A stretch of 64,000 bases of DNA, from contig OZ024761.1 of assembly GCA_964016885.1 (NCBI GenBank), forward strand, positions 1,488,001 through 1,552,000, in the 5' to 3' direction. Position 1 is the stretch's first letter. Every line of letters starts with the position of its first letter. Shown in pieces: positions 1 through 12,421 of this stretch. Position numbers and translations under genes: made by a program. This stretch comes from Eledone cirrhosa (lineage: Eukaryota). Below the pieces are notes generated by a model that was given only the letters and a program-made list of their open reading frames with translations, was not told the origin of the DNA and searched no databases.

Positions 1-170
1 CCCCAAACACCCACACAACTCCAAACACCCCAAGCACACAACACACTGATGCCCCTACACTTCCACAAACCACCACCCCACCCAACAACCCATCCCCCAC
101 CCTAATGGAAATTGTGCAGCCCGATACCCGGGACGCAGAGAGGTAAGTGCCTTTTCTCTTCACCACCAAC

Positions 171-3100
171 ATGGCTATGCTAAGAGTAGGCTGTTTAAAT
201 GCGCGTGGCCTGGGCTCAACTTGGAAGCAAGCAATGCTTCTAAATGACCTCAGGTCACAACGTATAAATGTGATGGTTATTTGCGAGGCCCGGATCAGCA
301 ACGTGCGACAGCTGGCCCCCACCTTTGATGACTTTGAGATGCACGCATCTCTCTGTCAGCCCGGGGGTGGGGGTGGGGTTGTCGTTCTGCTGCAAAAACA
401 TCTGGGTCTCGCAACACAGACGGTACATTTGGACCCGGAGGGTCGACTAGTGGTTCTGGACCTTGGCAGTGGTGAAGGCGGAGCGTTTAGGTTGGTAGCC
501 GCCTACGGCCCTTTCGGGTCAATGCGGCCGGACTTATTCCATCGTCTGGAGACTTTTCTAGGGACGTCCCGCTCCTTGCTATTAGTGGGGGACTGGAATG
601 GTATCCTAGATGCACGCTGAGACTACGTAGGGGCCTGTCCCGATAGAGAGGAGTGTAATAGCCTCAAAGGGTTAATCGGTCGATTTGACCTGGCCGATAG
701 ATATCGACTAGATTTTCCGACTGCGCCAACCTGGACTTGGGCAAATCGCAGCGGATCATCTAGGTCGTACCTAGATAGGTTCTTAGTTAGAATTAAGGAT
801 AAGGACTTTTTAAGTTGACCAAAAATGAGCATTGTTGGCTATTCAGACCACAAGTTAGTGAGCTGCATGGTCAACCTTGACAGAACGCATAGACAGGGAC
901 CCGGTTACTGGAAGCTCAACTTGTCCTTACCGGCAAGTAAGGCTTACAGGGACCGGAGTAGCACTTTAGTTAAGGAGCGGTTGACGGGCGCCATCGTCAA
1001 CAGTAGGTGGTGGGGATCTCTCAAAAGAGAGATTAGAGTAGTCTCTATAGAATTTAGTAAGGAGTTAGCCTCAAATAGAAATAGGAAGGAAAGGGAGCTG
1101 GTAGATAGTGTAGAAGAGGCAATTAGAAGCGGCGACGTGGCCAGAGTGCTAGCGTCGAGAACGGCCCTGGGCCAGTTCTTCGACGCGAAACACGAAGGCT
1201 GCATCGTCCGAAGCAAAATACGTCTCTGGGAAACGAGGGGACCAAAGCTGTTAGCTGGGCCCGCGTGACAGAAGCCAAAAGAGGGAGAAGATCCACTATC
1301 CGGTCTTTGCGAAACCAGGATGGACGGGTGATCCTTGAACCTAAGCAGATGTGCGAGGCTTTTCAAAAGCACTTTGCCGGATTGTTCGGAAGGGGCGGGG
1401 AGCCGGTTGGGGATGTGGACTTCGGTCCATACCTCGACGGCCTGCCGCGTCTCTCGGACAGGGAGGCGAGGAGCCGATTTCAGCCGCTGAGATAGAGGAC
1501 GTGCTGAGCCAATGCGGCAAACGCAAATCCCCGGGTCTCGATGGTCTTCCATACGAACTGTATCTAGCTATGCCGGACTTGTTCCCCGATCTCCTCGAGG
1601 CGGTCTACTGCAACTGGCAACAGAACGGGAGAATTCCCTGTGCTGTGACCAAGGGCGTAGTCACGCTAGTGAGGAAGGACGAGAACAAGGGGGACGATAT
1701 AAATAATGTCAGGCCCATAACTCTGCTAAATACAGAGTTACAGATTTTGGCCAAGGTGCTAGCAAAGAGGTTGGCGCTTGTCGTGGGCAACCTGGTGGGA
1801 GATGCGCAGACATGTGCTATCCCGTCCAGGTCCATCCACGACAACCTCCACCTCATGCGATACATCATAGAGAGGGTTGGGAACGAACCCGGCTTTGGTG
1901 GGGCCCTGATCAACTTGGATCAATCTAAGGCGTTCGATAGGGTCGACCATGGTTGCCTGGATGCGGTGCTAGCGGCGGCAGGCTTCGGACCCGTTTTCAG
2001 GGGCTGGATCAATGCCATGCACAGCAGCCGCATCTGCTCTAGGGTCAAGGTGAACGGCTACCTCTCGGAGCCGTTCGAAATCGCGCGTTCCATCCGACAA
2101 GGGTTCCCTCTCTCCTCCCTTCTGTATGTGATGACTTTAGAGCCACTGCTGCGGAAGTTGGAGTTGTTGCAGGGCATCCCGTTGGAACCGGGATTGCGGA
2201 AAGCGGTGTCGGCCTACGGCGACGACGTAACAGTAATGGTGTCGACGGCCTCGGAAATCGGGGCGGTCGGCACCTTACTGGAGGAGTACGAAAGGTTTAC
2301 AGGGGCTAAGCTGAATCGGGACAAGTCGATCGGTCTGCAACTCGGCACGTGGAGGGGCAGATCGATGCCCTCCGATGGCGTCGTCGGGCGCTGGACGGAG
2401 GGCCCGGTGAAGTTGCTCGGGGTCTGGTTCGGACCAGACCTCCAGGTGGAGAAGAACTGGGGTGAGGTAACGAACAGGGTGTTTGCACTGACCCAGAAGT
2501 GGGCAGAGTGCAAACTGTCCCTGAAAGGTCGGGCGGAGGTGGCGAACACTTATATAGCGTCCGTCATCTACTACCGCCTGACCGTTGTGCCTTGCCCACG
2601 GGAAACGCTCGCCAAAATGGAGCGTGCACTCTTCCAATTCCTTTGGAAGAAGCGGGCTCCTATGGTGAGGAGATCCATTTGCTGTCAACACCCTTCGAAA
2701 GGAGGGGTGGGGATGCCGTGGCTAATGATACGTAAACACGCATTAAGGCTACGGCACCTCCAGGTATTCCTCACCGGTCAACCGGTGTGGGCCCCGTTTG
2801 TGAGGCGAGCCTTTCCCAAACTCGTCTCACTCACCGAGCTGCAATCCTGGGTCAAGAAAAGACCGAGAAAACTGGGCGCCTGGCACACCGAGTGTGCCCA
2901 GGCGCTCCCGGCTCTCTGGCAGGCGGACCCGGCTGTCAGTGGAGAATCCACCTCGTCATTCTATAGAGGGCTGGTGGTTAGCAGGTGCGACGACGCCCTC
3001 GGAGAAGCCCTAGGCATGGAGGAAGACGAACTGGCCAACCTGTTCGGTAGGACATTCAGCCCGGGACCCATGGATAACTTCCAGAGGTTCCTGGCCTGGC

Positions 3101-3860
3101 AGTGCTACAGAAGGGCTCTGCCCGTTCGAGAAAGGCTCTACAGACACGGGCGCCCGGGTAGGGACCCCTCGAAAAAGATCTGTCCCAGATGCGCGTGCGA
3201 CGAGGAAACCGTTGCACACGCATTGGTACACTGCTCGAGCATTGCCGATCTGTGGGGCTATGTCGAACAACTGCTGTCAAGGGTGGGACCGATCCGGTTG
3301 ACCACCGAGTCTATTGTAACGATCAAGCCGCCTCCCCTCTTCAAAAACAAGGAGAGGCGGTGTTTCTGTGCGTAATAGCCATGGCGAAAGAGGTTGTATG
3401 GTGGACGCGTCTGAAAGGACTGAGGTCAGACACCTTTCTCTCTGGCCAACAACTGGTCCGTTTCTTCCGATATCATTTCGGAAGAAGGATCAGGATGGAG
3501 AGAGAGGTGCTGCACCCCAGCCGTTTTTATGAAAGATGGGTGAAAGTGGCGAGAATGGCCCGTGTGAATGGGCCTTCACTCTACATCAGACTATAGGTGA
3601 GGAAGATGAAAGACCAAGGGAGCACCCCCTCTCTGTGCTCCTGAGGAGAAGGGTTGCACATTTTTTTTCGGGAGTGTGTGCGACCCCCCAAGGCGCCTCC
3701 TCTCTATTGAGGATTTTGTTATAAATTTTATCTTGTTATATTTTATTTTATTTTTATATTTTGTTATTGCCTCCTCCTTATTGAGGACGCTTTGTTATGT
3801 AAACTTCCCCCATTGTACTTGTCCCACTTTTTGATGCCCTGCTGACAAATAAAAAGAAAA
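171..3860 (+). mobile_element. Tx1/L1-clade non-LTR retrotransposon, ORF2 (APE endonuclease + RT + C-terminal zinc knuckle) with inactivating mutations and 3' UTR
   Basis: APE motifs (CLNARGL, GDWN, YLDRFL, SDHKLV, GPGYWKLN); RT motifs (KSPGLDGLP, RPITLLNT, DQSKAFDRVDH, IRQGFPLS, AYGDDVT); CPRC..EETVAHALVHC. Stops at ~618 and ~815, frameshifts near 1230/1470/3365, ORF end 3596, AATAAAAAGAAAA tail at ~3848-3860. Confidence 0.93.
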
Positions 3861-3874
3861 TTATCTATCATATA

Positions 3875-5625
3875 TAGCAGAAGTACCCGGCGTTGCCCGG
3901 GTGTAAGTCGACCTTTGGTCTGTTAGAATGTGTGAAAGTTACTTCCCGCGCATCACAGGTTCAAAACTTCGAACTTCAAGGAAAAAAATAGGTTAGTAGA
4001 CGCAGGTGTGTAATTTATTAATTGGAGTTACACAGTGTATCGTTGAAATTGTTCTCTGCACGACTGACGGAAGTCAAAATCGCTTGATATTGAATGTTCA
4101 GTTAATTTAAAGCAGGGTGAAAATGTCGATTTTTTACAGGTTTTTTTTTTTTTTTTACAATTTTTGCGCTCACATGTGCAGAAGAATAATTAAAAGGGCC
4201 TTTATCTTAACCGCGGCATAATGGCGAGTCTTTTGTGACAGTTTTCAAGAATATCGGACGTTCCTGTAAAAAGTTTTCCCATGTGTAACTTTGCCTTGTT
4301 TTTTTGCGCAAAGTCGAGGCCTGCTTCAGTTTTATTGATTTTTTACATCAATGCGTGATCTCTGAAGTAGATTTGAGTAGCTAAAAACCTGTCACGGTAA
4401 TAGGTGAAAAAAAGTTGATCAAAATTGTATCTAGGGTTATTACCCTTTGCAACAGCCTCAACGTGTCTTCAAGTATGGTTTGTTAATTTGCTGTGGAACT
4501 AAATCTACTTTCGTCAAATCGGACCGAGGAATCAATGTTTCCATTTCTCTTTCTAGCTAGTGTACCCGGATACACACGGGTTTATAAGGCGCTGGATTTA
4601 AATAAATGAAGAACAAACGTTTTCTTTTGTGCTCCAATCTGTGATATTGGTATTTTGAAAAAATAGTCCACACACATCCATGCAGCATGTGTAACGCATG
4701 TATCAGGTTATGAGAAAAAGGGTTTTCGATTCTCCATACATAAGATACAAAACAATTGCACGCAAATAAAACGGGATTTTAAGGCACTGCCCAATTCATA
4801 GCTGAAAGGTAAGAATCAAGTGGAATAATGTTTTGCGACATTGTCAAATGTACAACCGTACAAAAGCAAAGGATATAGCCATTGAAATATAGGTAGACCA
4901 AAGAATTTGGTGGTGTTGTATATCACAAAAAATGCCATTAGAGGTGAGCTAATAATGAAGACACAAACCCTGGTGAACTTACGTTTAAACACCCGAAAAG
5001 TTACTCACTTCCTGTGCAAAAAACTGTAACAGTAGTATTACAAATTAATTAATTTTTTAGAACCTTTTGTTTAAAAAAGGAAAACATTAGATACGGACGT
5101 AACATTTTTTACAACTTTGTATGTGTACAATACAACTTGGTCAACGTATTATTTATTAATTTTTTTTTTCAAAAAGCATGATTATTTAAGACTGTTTGAA
5201 AATTTACTCACAGCTTTTAGCATCACAAAAGACACCATTAAATTTGGTTCTCTTTTCAGATAGGGATAATACTGTATTTCCACTTGAATAAGGTGGAATA
5301 TGAAAACATAAACTCTTTAATGGTCGGTCGTTTACTGAGACAGCTGGCCGTCCAATCAATAACGCACGTCCTTATATGGGCATATGAAATTTATTTTTAT
5401 TGCACCAGATGTAAACTAAGAGTTCTTGTGTTCGAATTCACATAAAATTTTATTGGAATCGAAAAACATTCTGTCATAGGACCCGATTATCGATTTTTCG
5501 AAAATTTCAAGTAGCCTATTCCACTCTACGTGTTGAGTTTTATATATGTGTGAGGTTTCATGAAAATTGGATGAACGGTGTAGCATGCAAGTTCGGAACA
5601 CCAAACAATGCCCATCTTCACTTTA

Positions 5626-5635
<10 letters not shown>
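3875..5635 (-). mobile_element. Non-autonomous Helitron-like element
   Basis: On the minus strand the 3' end is hairpin CCCGG-GCAACG-CCGGG followed by TACTTCTGCTA; the 5' end merges into TATATATAAAAA. A second hairpin+CTAG terminus lies internally at ~4553-4581. No coding capacity. Confidence 0.6.
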
Positions 5636-5722
<87 letters not shown>

Positions 5723-5807
5723 TATGTTATATATATATATTATATATATATATATATATATGTTATATATATATATATATATATATGTTATATATATATA
5801 TATATAT

Positions 5808-5998
5808 AGGAACGAGTAGGACCCCGACGGGTGAGCTCAAGCCGTTTCGACAGCTAATTCTGGACCAGAATTACCCGTCGAAAGGGCTTGAGCTCAGCCG
5901 TCGGGGTCCAACTCGTTCCTGTTACCCACTCTACTACCCTAAGTATTGAGTACTTTGGTGCGTTATTGTCCATCTGGTTCCTTACCACATTTCCTTCG

Positions 5999-6000
<2 letters not shown>
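5808..6000. mobile_element. Short PLE-type repeat carrying the 3' half of an HHR, with partial inverted duplication (other copies 14422-14559, 16514-16705, 33647-33783, 58446-58650)
   Basis: Five near-identical dispersed ~140-bp copies, each next to (TA)n. Intact copies read GAAA-CGGCT-TGAGCTC-AGCCG-TC-GGGGTC. Confidence 0.65.
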
Positions 6001-6045
<45 letters not shown>

Positions 6046-6048
6046 CAC

Positions 6049-6258
6049 ACAGAGTTGGCCATAAGTAACTTGCAGTTAGGATATGTAAAAATACAAAACA
6101 AAACACTTTAATACTAAATAATATTTCACAAGAAATATCAAAAGTAATTCATGTACATATATATTATTACACTCAATTTTTAAAACGCTGCCTGTTTGCA
6201 AGTACGCCATTGTTATGGCTCTCTTGTAGTTAGTAAGCTAATATGGCCCACCCTTCAT
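6049..6258. mobile_element. Degraded Tc1/mariner-type MITE
   Basis: Imperfect terminal inverted repeats CAGAGTTGGCCATAA / ATATGGCCCACCCT in a TA-rich context. Confidence 0.35.
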
Positions 6259-6338
6259 ACAGACATATAGCCACACACATATACATGTGTGTGTATATAT
6301 ATATATATAGACACACACACATACACACATACACACAT

Positions 6339-6369
<31 letters not shown>

Positions 6370-6400
6370 CATATATACATATATACATATATACATATAC

Positions 6401-7170
6401 AAGACAGCTCGTAGCATAGGTGAAAGGATAGACCAACACTGGGGGGAACTAAAAGGACGAAAAAACGGTTCAGTACTATACGAACATGCCAGACAACAAC
6501 ACGACGGTAACATAGACAACATAGAAATTAGAATAATATCTAAACATAGAAATGACCCAGCAGATAGGCAAATCAGAGAGGCCAGTGAAATAGAACTTAG
6601 AAGGCCAAGGCTAAACAGAAAGAATGATTGGAATAACAACAACACCCAAACAAACAACACTGACTTAAGAGAAGTATAAATAAATAAATACATACACAAG
6701 CACAATAACAACAAACACATATAAACACACACTAGTAAAGATAGGATACATTAACCAATACACAGTCACCCAATCACGAACACACATCAAACAAAACACT
6801 ATACACACACGCAAACGCATGCGAGAAGGAGACAAAATAAAATAAACAAATAAATAAATATATAAACAGACTAAATAAAGATGGCGTAGAAAATACAATG
6901 CAACGGGAGGAAACAATAGCACCACTGACGACGTTGCAGATGTGCAACGAAAGAACTTTGATAAACTATATATATGTGTTTGTGTCTATATTGTATCTGT
7001 ATTATTTTTGACCGTTGATCAGTCAATGGCAACATTGAGGACCGAATAAATTAGATTACCGATATAAAAGACACAGAAGCGAAAAGCGAAAAACCAACAA
7101 AACAGTGAGTGTGTCCTGTTATTAATTCTGGCAATATTACACAAATATGACCCTCCCCAAGTATAACAAT
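6401..7170 (+). mobile_element. 5'-truncated Penelope-like element: GIY-YIG C-terminus plus pseudo-LTR with HHR
   Basis: The frame from 6401 reads KTARSIGERIDQHWGELKGRKNGSVLYEHARQQH...RQIREASEIELRRPRLNRKNDW, homologous to the C-terminus of ORF 47587-48729. HHR core at 6925-6952. Confidence 0.85.
6921..6962 (+). ncRNA. Type I hammerhead ribozyme motif (PLE pseudo-LTR)
   Basis: CTGACGA-C-GTTGCA(gatg)TGCAAC-GAAA-GAAC-TT; stem I is weak. Confidence 0.65.
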
Positions 7171-7250
7171 ATATATAAATATATATATATATATACATAT
7201 ATACATATATAGATATATACATATATAGATATATATATATATATATATAA

Positions 7251-7388
<138 letters not shown>

Positions 7389-7392
7389 TTAT

Positions 7393-7433
<41 letters not shown>

Positions 7434-7464
7434 CATATATATACATATATATATATATACTTAT

Positions 7465-8595
7465 ATATATATAAGTATGTATAAGAACATACATATATGT
7501 ATACAGACGTACAGTAGTATGTATATATATACATACATGCACACATATATATATAAGTACGTATGGATTTACCGAACATTTATTATAATGCTCGGTGTGT
7601 TTGTAAACAAACATCCCGAATTAAGACGTACATTGTTTTGCAACCATCGTTGCCCTTTTGTTCAACACTGACAAAGGACCGATGTACTAGTTTCAAGCTT
7701 ATTAGCTATCGTCAGCACCGTATACCTTCCTGCCAGATGATTGAACGTCTGAAGTATATACTTTCCTTATGCATATTAACTATTTAAGTAACAGCCGTAC
7801 TAAGAGTGAGAAATGAAATTTTGTTTCATTTTTTTCCATTTATCGTTTTCGGTGCACTCGGCCGATTAACTCACACGATATGCAAATTAAGGCTGCTCAA
7901 CCGTTAATATGCATAAGGAAAATATATACTTTCAGACGTTCAATCATCTGGCAGGAAGGTATACGATGCTGACGATAGCTAATAAGCTTGAAACTAGTAC
8001 ATCGTTCCTTTGTCAGTGTTGAACAAAAGGGCAACGATGGTTGCTAAACACTGTACGGCTTAAATTGGGATGTTTGTTTACAAACAAACCGAGCATTATA
8101 ATAAATGTTCGGTAAATCCATACGTACATATATATATGTGTGTGCATGTATGTATATATATATACATACTACTGTACATCTGTATTCATATATGTATGTA
8201 CGTATACATATTTATATCTAAGTAACAGCCGTACTAAGAGGGAGAACTGAAATTTCGTTTCATTTTTTCCATTTATCGTTCTCGGTGCACCCGGCTGATT
8301 AACTCACTCGATATGCAAATTAAGCTGCTCGGCCGTTAATATGCTTAAGGAAAGTATATACTTTCAGACGTTCAATCATCTGGCAGGAAGGTATACAGTG
8401 CTGACGATAGCTAATAAGCTTGAAACTAGTACATCGTTCTTTTGTCAGTGTTGAACAAAAGGGCAACGATGGTTGCTAAACACTGTACGGCTTAATTCGG
8501 GATGTTTGTTTACAAACAAACCGAGCATTATAATAAATGTTCGGTAAATCCATACGTACATATATATATGAAATTTCGTTTCATTTTTTCCACTT
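7465..8595 (+). mobile_element. ORF-less ~433-bp HHR-containing unit in tandem (retrozyme-like): copies 7785-8217 and 8218-~8570 (+), inverted partial copy ~7465-7782
   Basis: The unit start TAAGTAACAGCCGTACTAAGAG recurs at 7785 and 8218; HHR cores at 7969, 8401 and (minus) ~7679-7718. Confidence 0.75.
7956..8010 (+). ncRNA. Type I hammerhead ribozyme
   Basis: AAGG..CGATG / CTGACGA / T-AGCT(aata)AGCT-T / GAAA / CTAG / TA / CATCG..CCTT: stems I, II and minimal III, GUA cleavage triplet. Confidence 0.8.
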
Positions 8596-9062
8596 ATATA
8601 TATATACATATACACATATATATATATATATACATACATATATATATACATATATATATATATTTCTTGAGGTGTGTATTTTCGTTGCTCTGGTGATGCG
8701 GCTGGACTGCCGATCGCTATATTTGATTTGCTAAGCTGTCTAAACATATTGTTATTACTCTGGGGTACTTTTCCCCATCCGAGTGCTAAAGCTACATACC
8801 GAATTTGCATTCGTTAGCTTGGCCGCGATCTAAAGCTTTGTTAATGCTGTACTAAAATTTGTATATATATATATATTGTTATACTTTGGGAGGGTCATGT
8901 TGCCAATAAGAAACACATGCGCCAGTTGCTTTCACTTCAATTTATTATCATAATAAATTTATAATAAATTTATAAATTTATAAATTTCTGGTTCGGACTT
9001 GAGTTGCTCTATACTGTTGATATCTCTACTATATACACACACACAGAGACACACACACACAG

Positions 9063-9093
<31 letters not shown>

Positions 9094-9228
9094 TATATAT
9101 ATAAATTTTAGTGCAGCATAGACGAAGCTCTAGTATACGGCCAAGCTAGCGCGTATGCTTATTCGGTTTGTAGCTTTAGCACTCAGATGAGGTAAGACCC
9201 CAGAGTATAACATTATGTTCAGACAGCG

Positions 9229-9422
9229 GTGTTCAAAGGGCGGTGGATTGGCAGTATCGGTAGAGGGTCGGACGCCATGCTTTCCAGCATAGTTACGTCC
9301 CTTTACGATCTGAGTTCAAATCCCGCCGAGGTTGACTTTGCCTTTCATCCTTACGGGGTCGATAAAATAAAGTACCAGTAATGCACTGGGTAATTGCTGG
9401 CCTTGTGCCTAAAGTAGAAACA
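9229..9422 (+). mobile_element. tRNA-derived SINE, full-length, with 16-bp TSD. Family copies at ~10735-10853, 13110-13300, 13870-14317, 18510-18692, 19200-19387, 22358-22410, 28825-28965, 32400-32505, 42420-42606, 43010-43192(-), 57439-57552
   Basis: A-box-like TGGCAGTATCGG, B-box GAGTTCAAATCC, core GCCTTTCATCCTTACGGGGTCGATAAAATAAAGTACC; TSD ATTATGTTCAGACAGC on both sides. Confidence 0.85.
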
Positions 9423-9589
9423 ATTATGTTCAGACAGCTTAGCAAATCAGATATAGCAGTCGGCAGTCCGACCGCATTACCAGAGCAACGAAAATACAGG
9501 ACCCAGGAAAGTATATATATGTATATATATCGTTTCTGTTGTTTTTCACTTATCACAATACAGTTTCTTGTTAAATGAAAACTTCTTCC

Positions 9590-10700
<1,111 letters not shown>

Positions 10701-11007
10701 GAGGCAGACATCTTAATGGAATTATTAAAAATAATTACGATCTGAGTTCAAATCCCGCCGAGGTTGACTTTGCCTTTCATCCTTACGGGGTCGATAAAAT
10801 AAAGTACCAGTAATACACTGGGTAATTGCTGGCCTTGTGCCTAAAGTAGAAACAATTATTAAAAATAGATAAATTAAATGCAATAATTTAATATTTAATT
10901 TCTTTAAACTTTTTTTATATGTTTGAAATTTTGTGTGAAAACATTAAATGGTGTTAAAATTTCAACTTAACCCTTTTCATTTGGGAGTATTTAATCATGT
11001 CATTAAC

Positions 11008-11470
11008 TTTCTCATTGTTAAGTTGGTGTTTGGAACATAACTTAACAAAGGTTATTACATAGATTTATGATGAAATGTTTTTAGATAATTATAAACACTT
11101 TAACCCTTTCATTACTATATTTCTAATGAAAGACATTGCCTAAGGTTTTCATATAATTTCGAAAATAAGCAAGACATTCTGGGTTTTTAGTAATATAATT
11201 AATTTTCTCATTGTTAAGTTGGTGTTTGGAACATAACTTAGCAAAGGTTATTACATAGATTTATGATGAAATGTTTTTAGATAATTATAAACACTTTAAC
11301 CCTTTCATTACTATATTTCTAATGAAAGACATTGCCTAAGGTTTTCATATAATTTCGAAAATAAGCAAGACATTCTGGGTTTTTAGTAATATAATTAATT
11401 TTCTCATTGTTAAGTTGGTGTTTGGAACATAACTTAACAAAGGGTTCTTACATAGAATTATGATGAAATA
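11008..11470. repeat. ~196-bp tandem duplication (2.3 copies) containing TTAACCCTTT MITE-like ends
   Basis: TTCTCATTGTTAAGTTGGTGTTTGGAACATAAC recurs at ~11010, ~11205 and ~11401. Confidence 0.85.
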
Positions 11471-11593
11471 GGGAGGGTATATTTTCTTTATTTCCTTCAT
11501 TAAATATACACCCACGAAGATTGAAAACCTAACCCAAATCTATATATACAAAAGGTATAGATACAGCTATATTACCTTCATGGTTACGAGAGC

Positions 11594-12320
11594 TTCTTCT
11601 TCTTCTTCACCCACTCATTCCTGAGGGAGTCATGGGTGCAGAGTCCCCAAACTCTCCCACCAGTGGGTCCTGTCAGAAGCAACCATTTCCAACTGATCTG
11701 ATTGGATTGTCAAGCGTGACCAGCCAAACTCATGGATGCTATCCAACTATCTTGCTCGGGGTCTACCCTTGGGTCTCTTGCGAGTTGATTTTGCCCATAA
11801 AATCTGTCCAGCAATTCTTTCCTGAGACATTCTAACCACATGCCTATAGTATCGGAGCTTGATATCTCAATTCAAAGTATCATATAAAATTTCTCAATTA
11901 CAAAATCAACAGGAAGCCCTATCTGCTGCCTCTTCCATCCTGCAAATTGCAGCCTTCTTCTCTTTTCCTGTCATTCTAATGGTGTTTAGAATTCTCCATA
12001 CCGAGTGAGCCGAGAATCCCCAGCAGCTCACCTCGACTGGAAATAGCCATGCCCTGCCAGCCTCTCTCATAAAACTCCTGCACAAATACTTGATACTTGG
12101 CACCCTTTTGCTCAAAGGTGTTGCCATACCCTTCTTCCCATGGGACTGTGAGTTCAATCAGGTTAGTAGTTAATGTCCCCTCTCTGAAGCTGTTGTCCGT
12201 GAGCTTCTTATCCATCTTGGGCTGGATCCTGTTAAGAATCATCCTGTTGAGGGTCTTTGCCACAAGTGACGTCAGTGAGATCCCCCTGTAGTTGTTGGTG
12301 TTAAAGGGATCTCCTTTTTT
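11594..12320 (-). mobile_element. Composite of LINE fragments: RTE-type 3' end with (GAA)n tail (11594-11870), HERO-like RLE endonuclease fragment (~11905-12172), RTE/RTEX RT fragment (~12173-12320)
   Basis: LIELTVPWEEG..EQKGAKYQ / GRAWLFPVEVSCWGF (restriction-like endonuclease); KKGDPFNTNNYRGISLTSLVAKTLNRMILNRI (RT N-terminal). Confidence 0.7.
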
Positions 12321-12363
12321 ATATATATATTAACACACCTAAGCGCAATGGTAAATCTGGCAC

Positions 12364-12421
<58 letters not shown>

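Noticed and set aside
944-3280. Antisense and alternate-frame ORFs over the Tx1 element (likewise over the RTE copies)
   Set aside because: Shadow ORFs of GC-rich coding sequence with no independent motifs.
9238-9325. tRNA gene
   Set aside because: A/B boxes are present but there is no cloverleaf, and it is part of a multi-copy SINE with TSDs.
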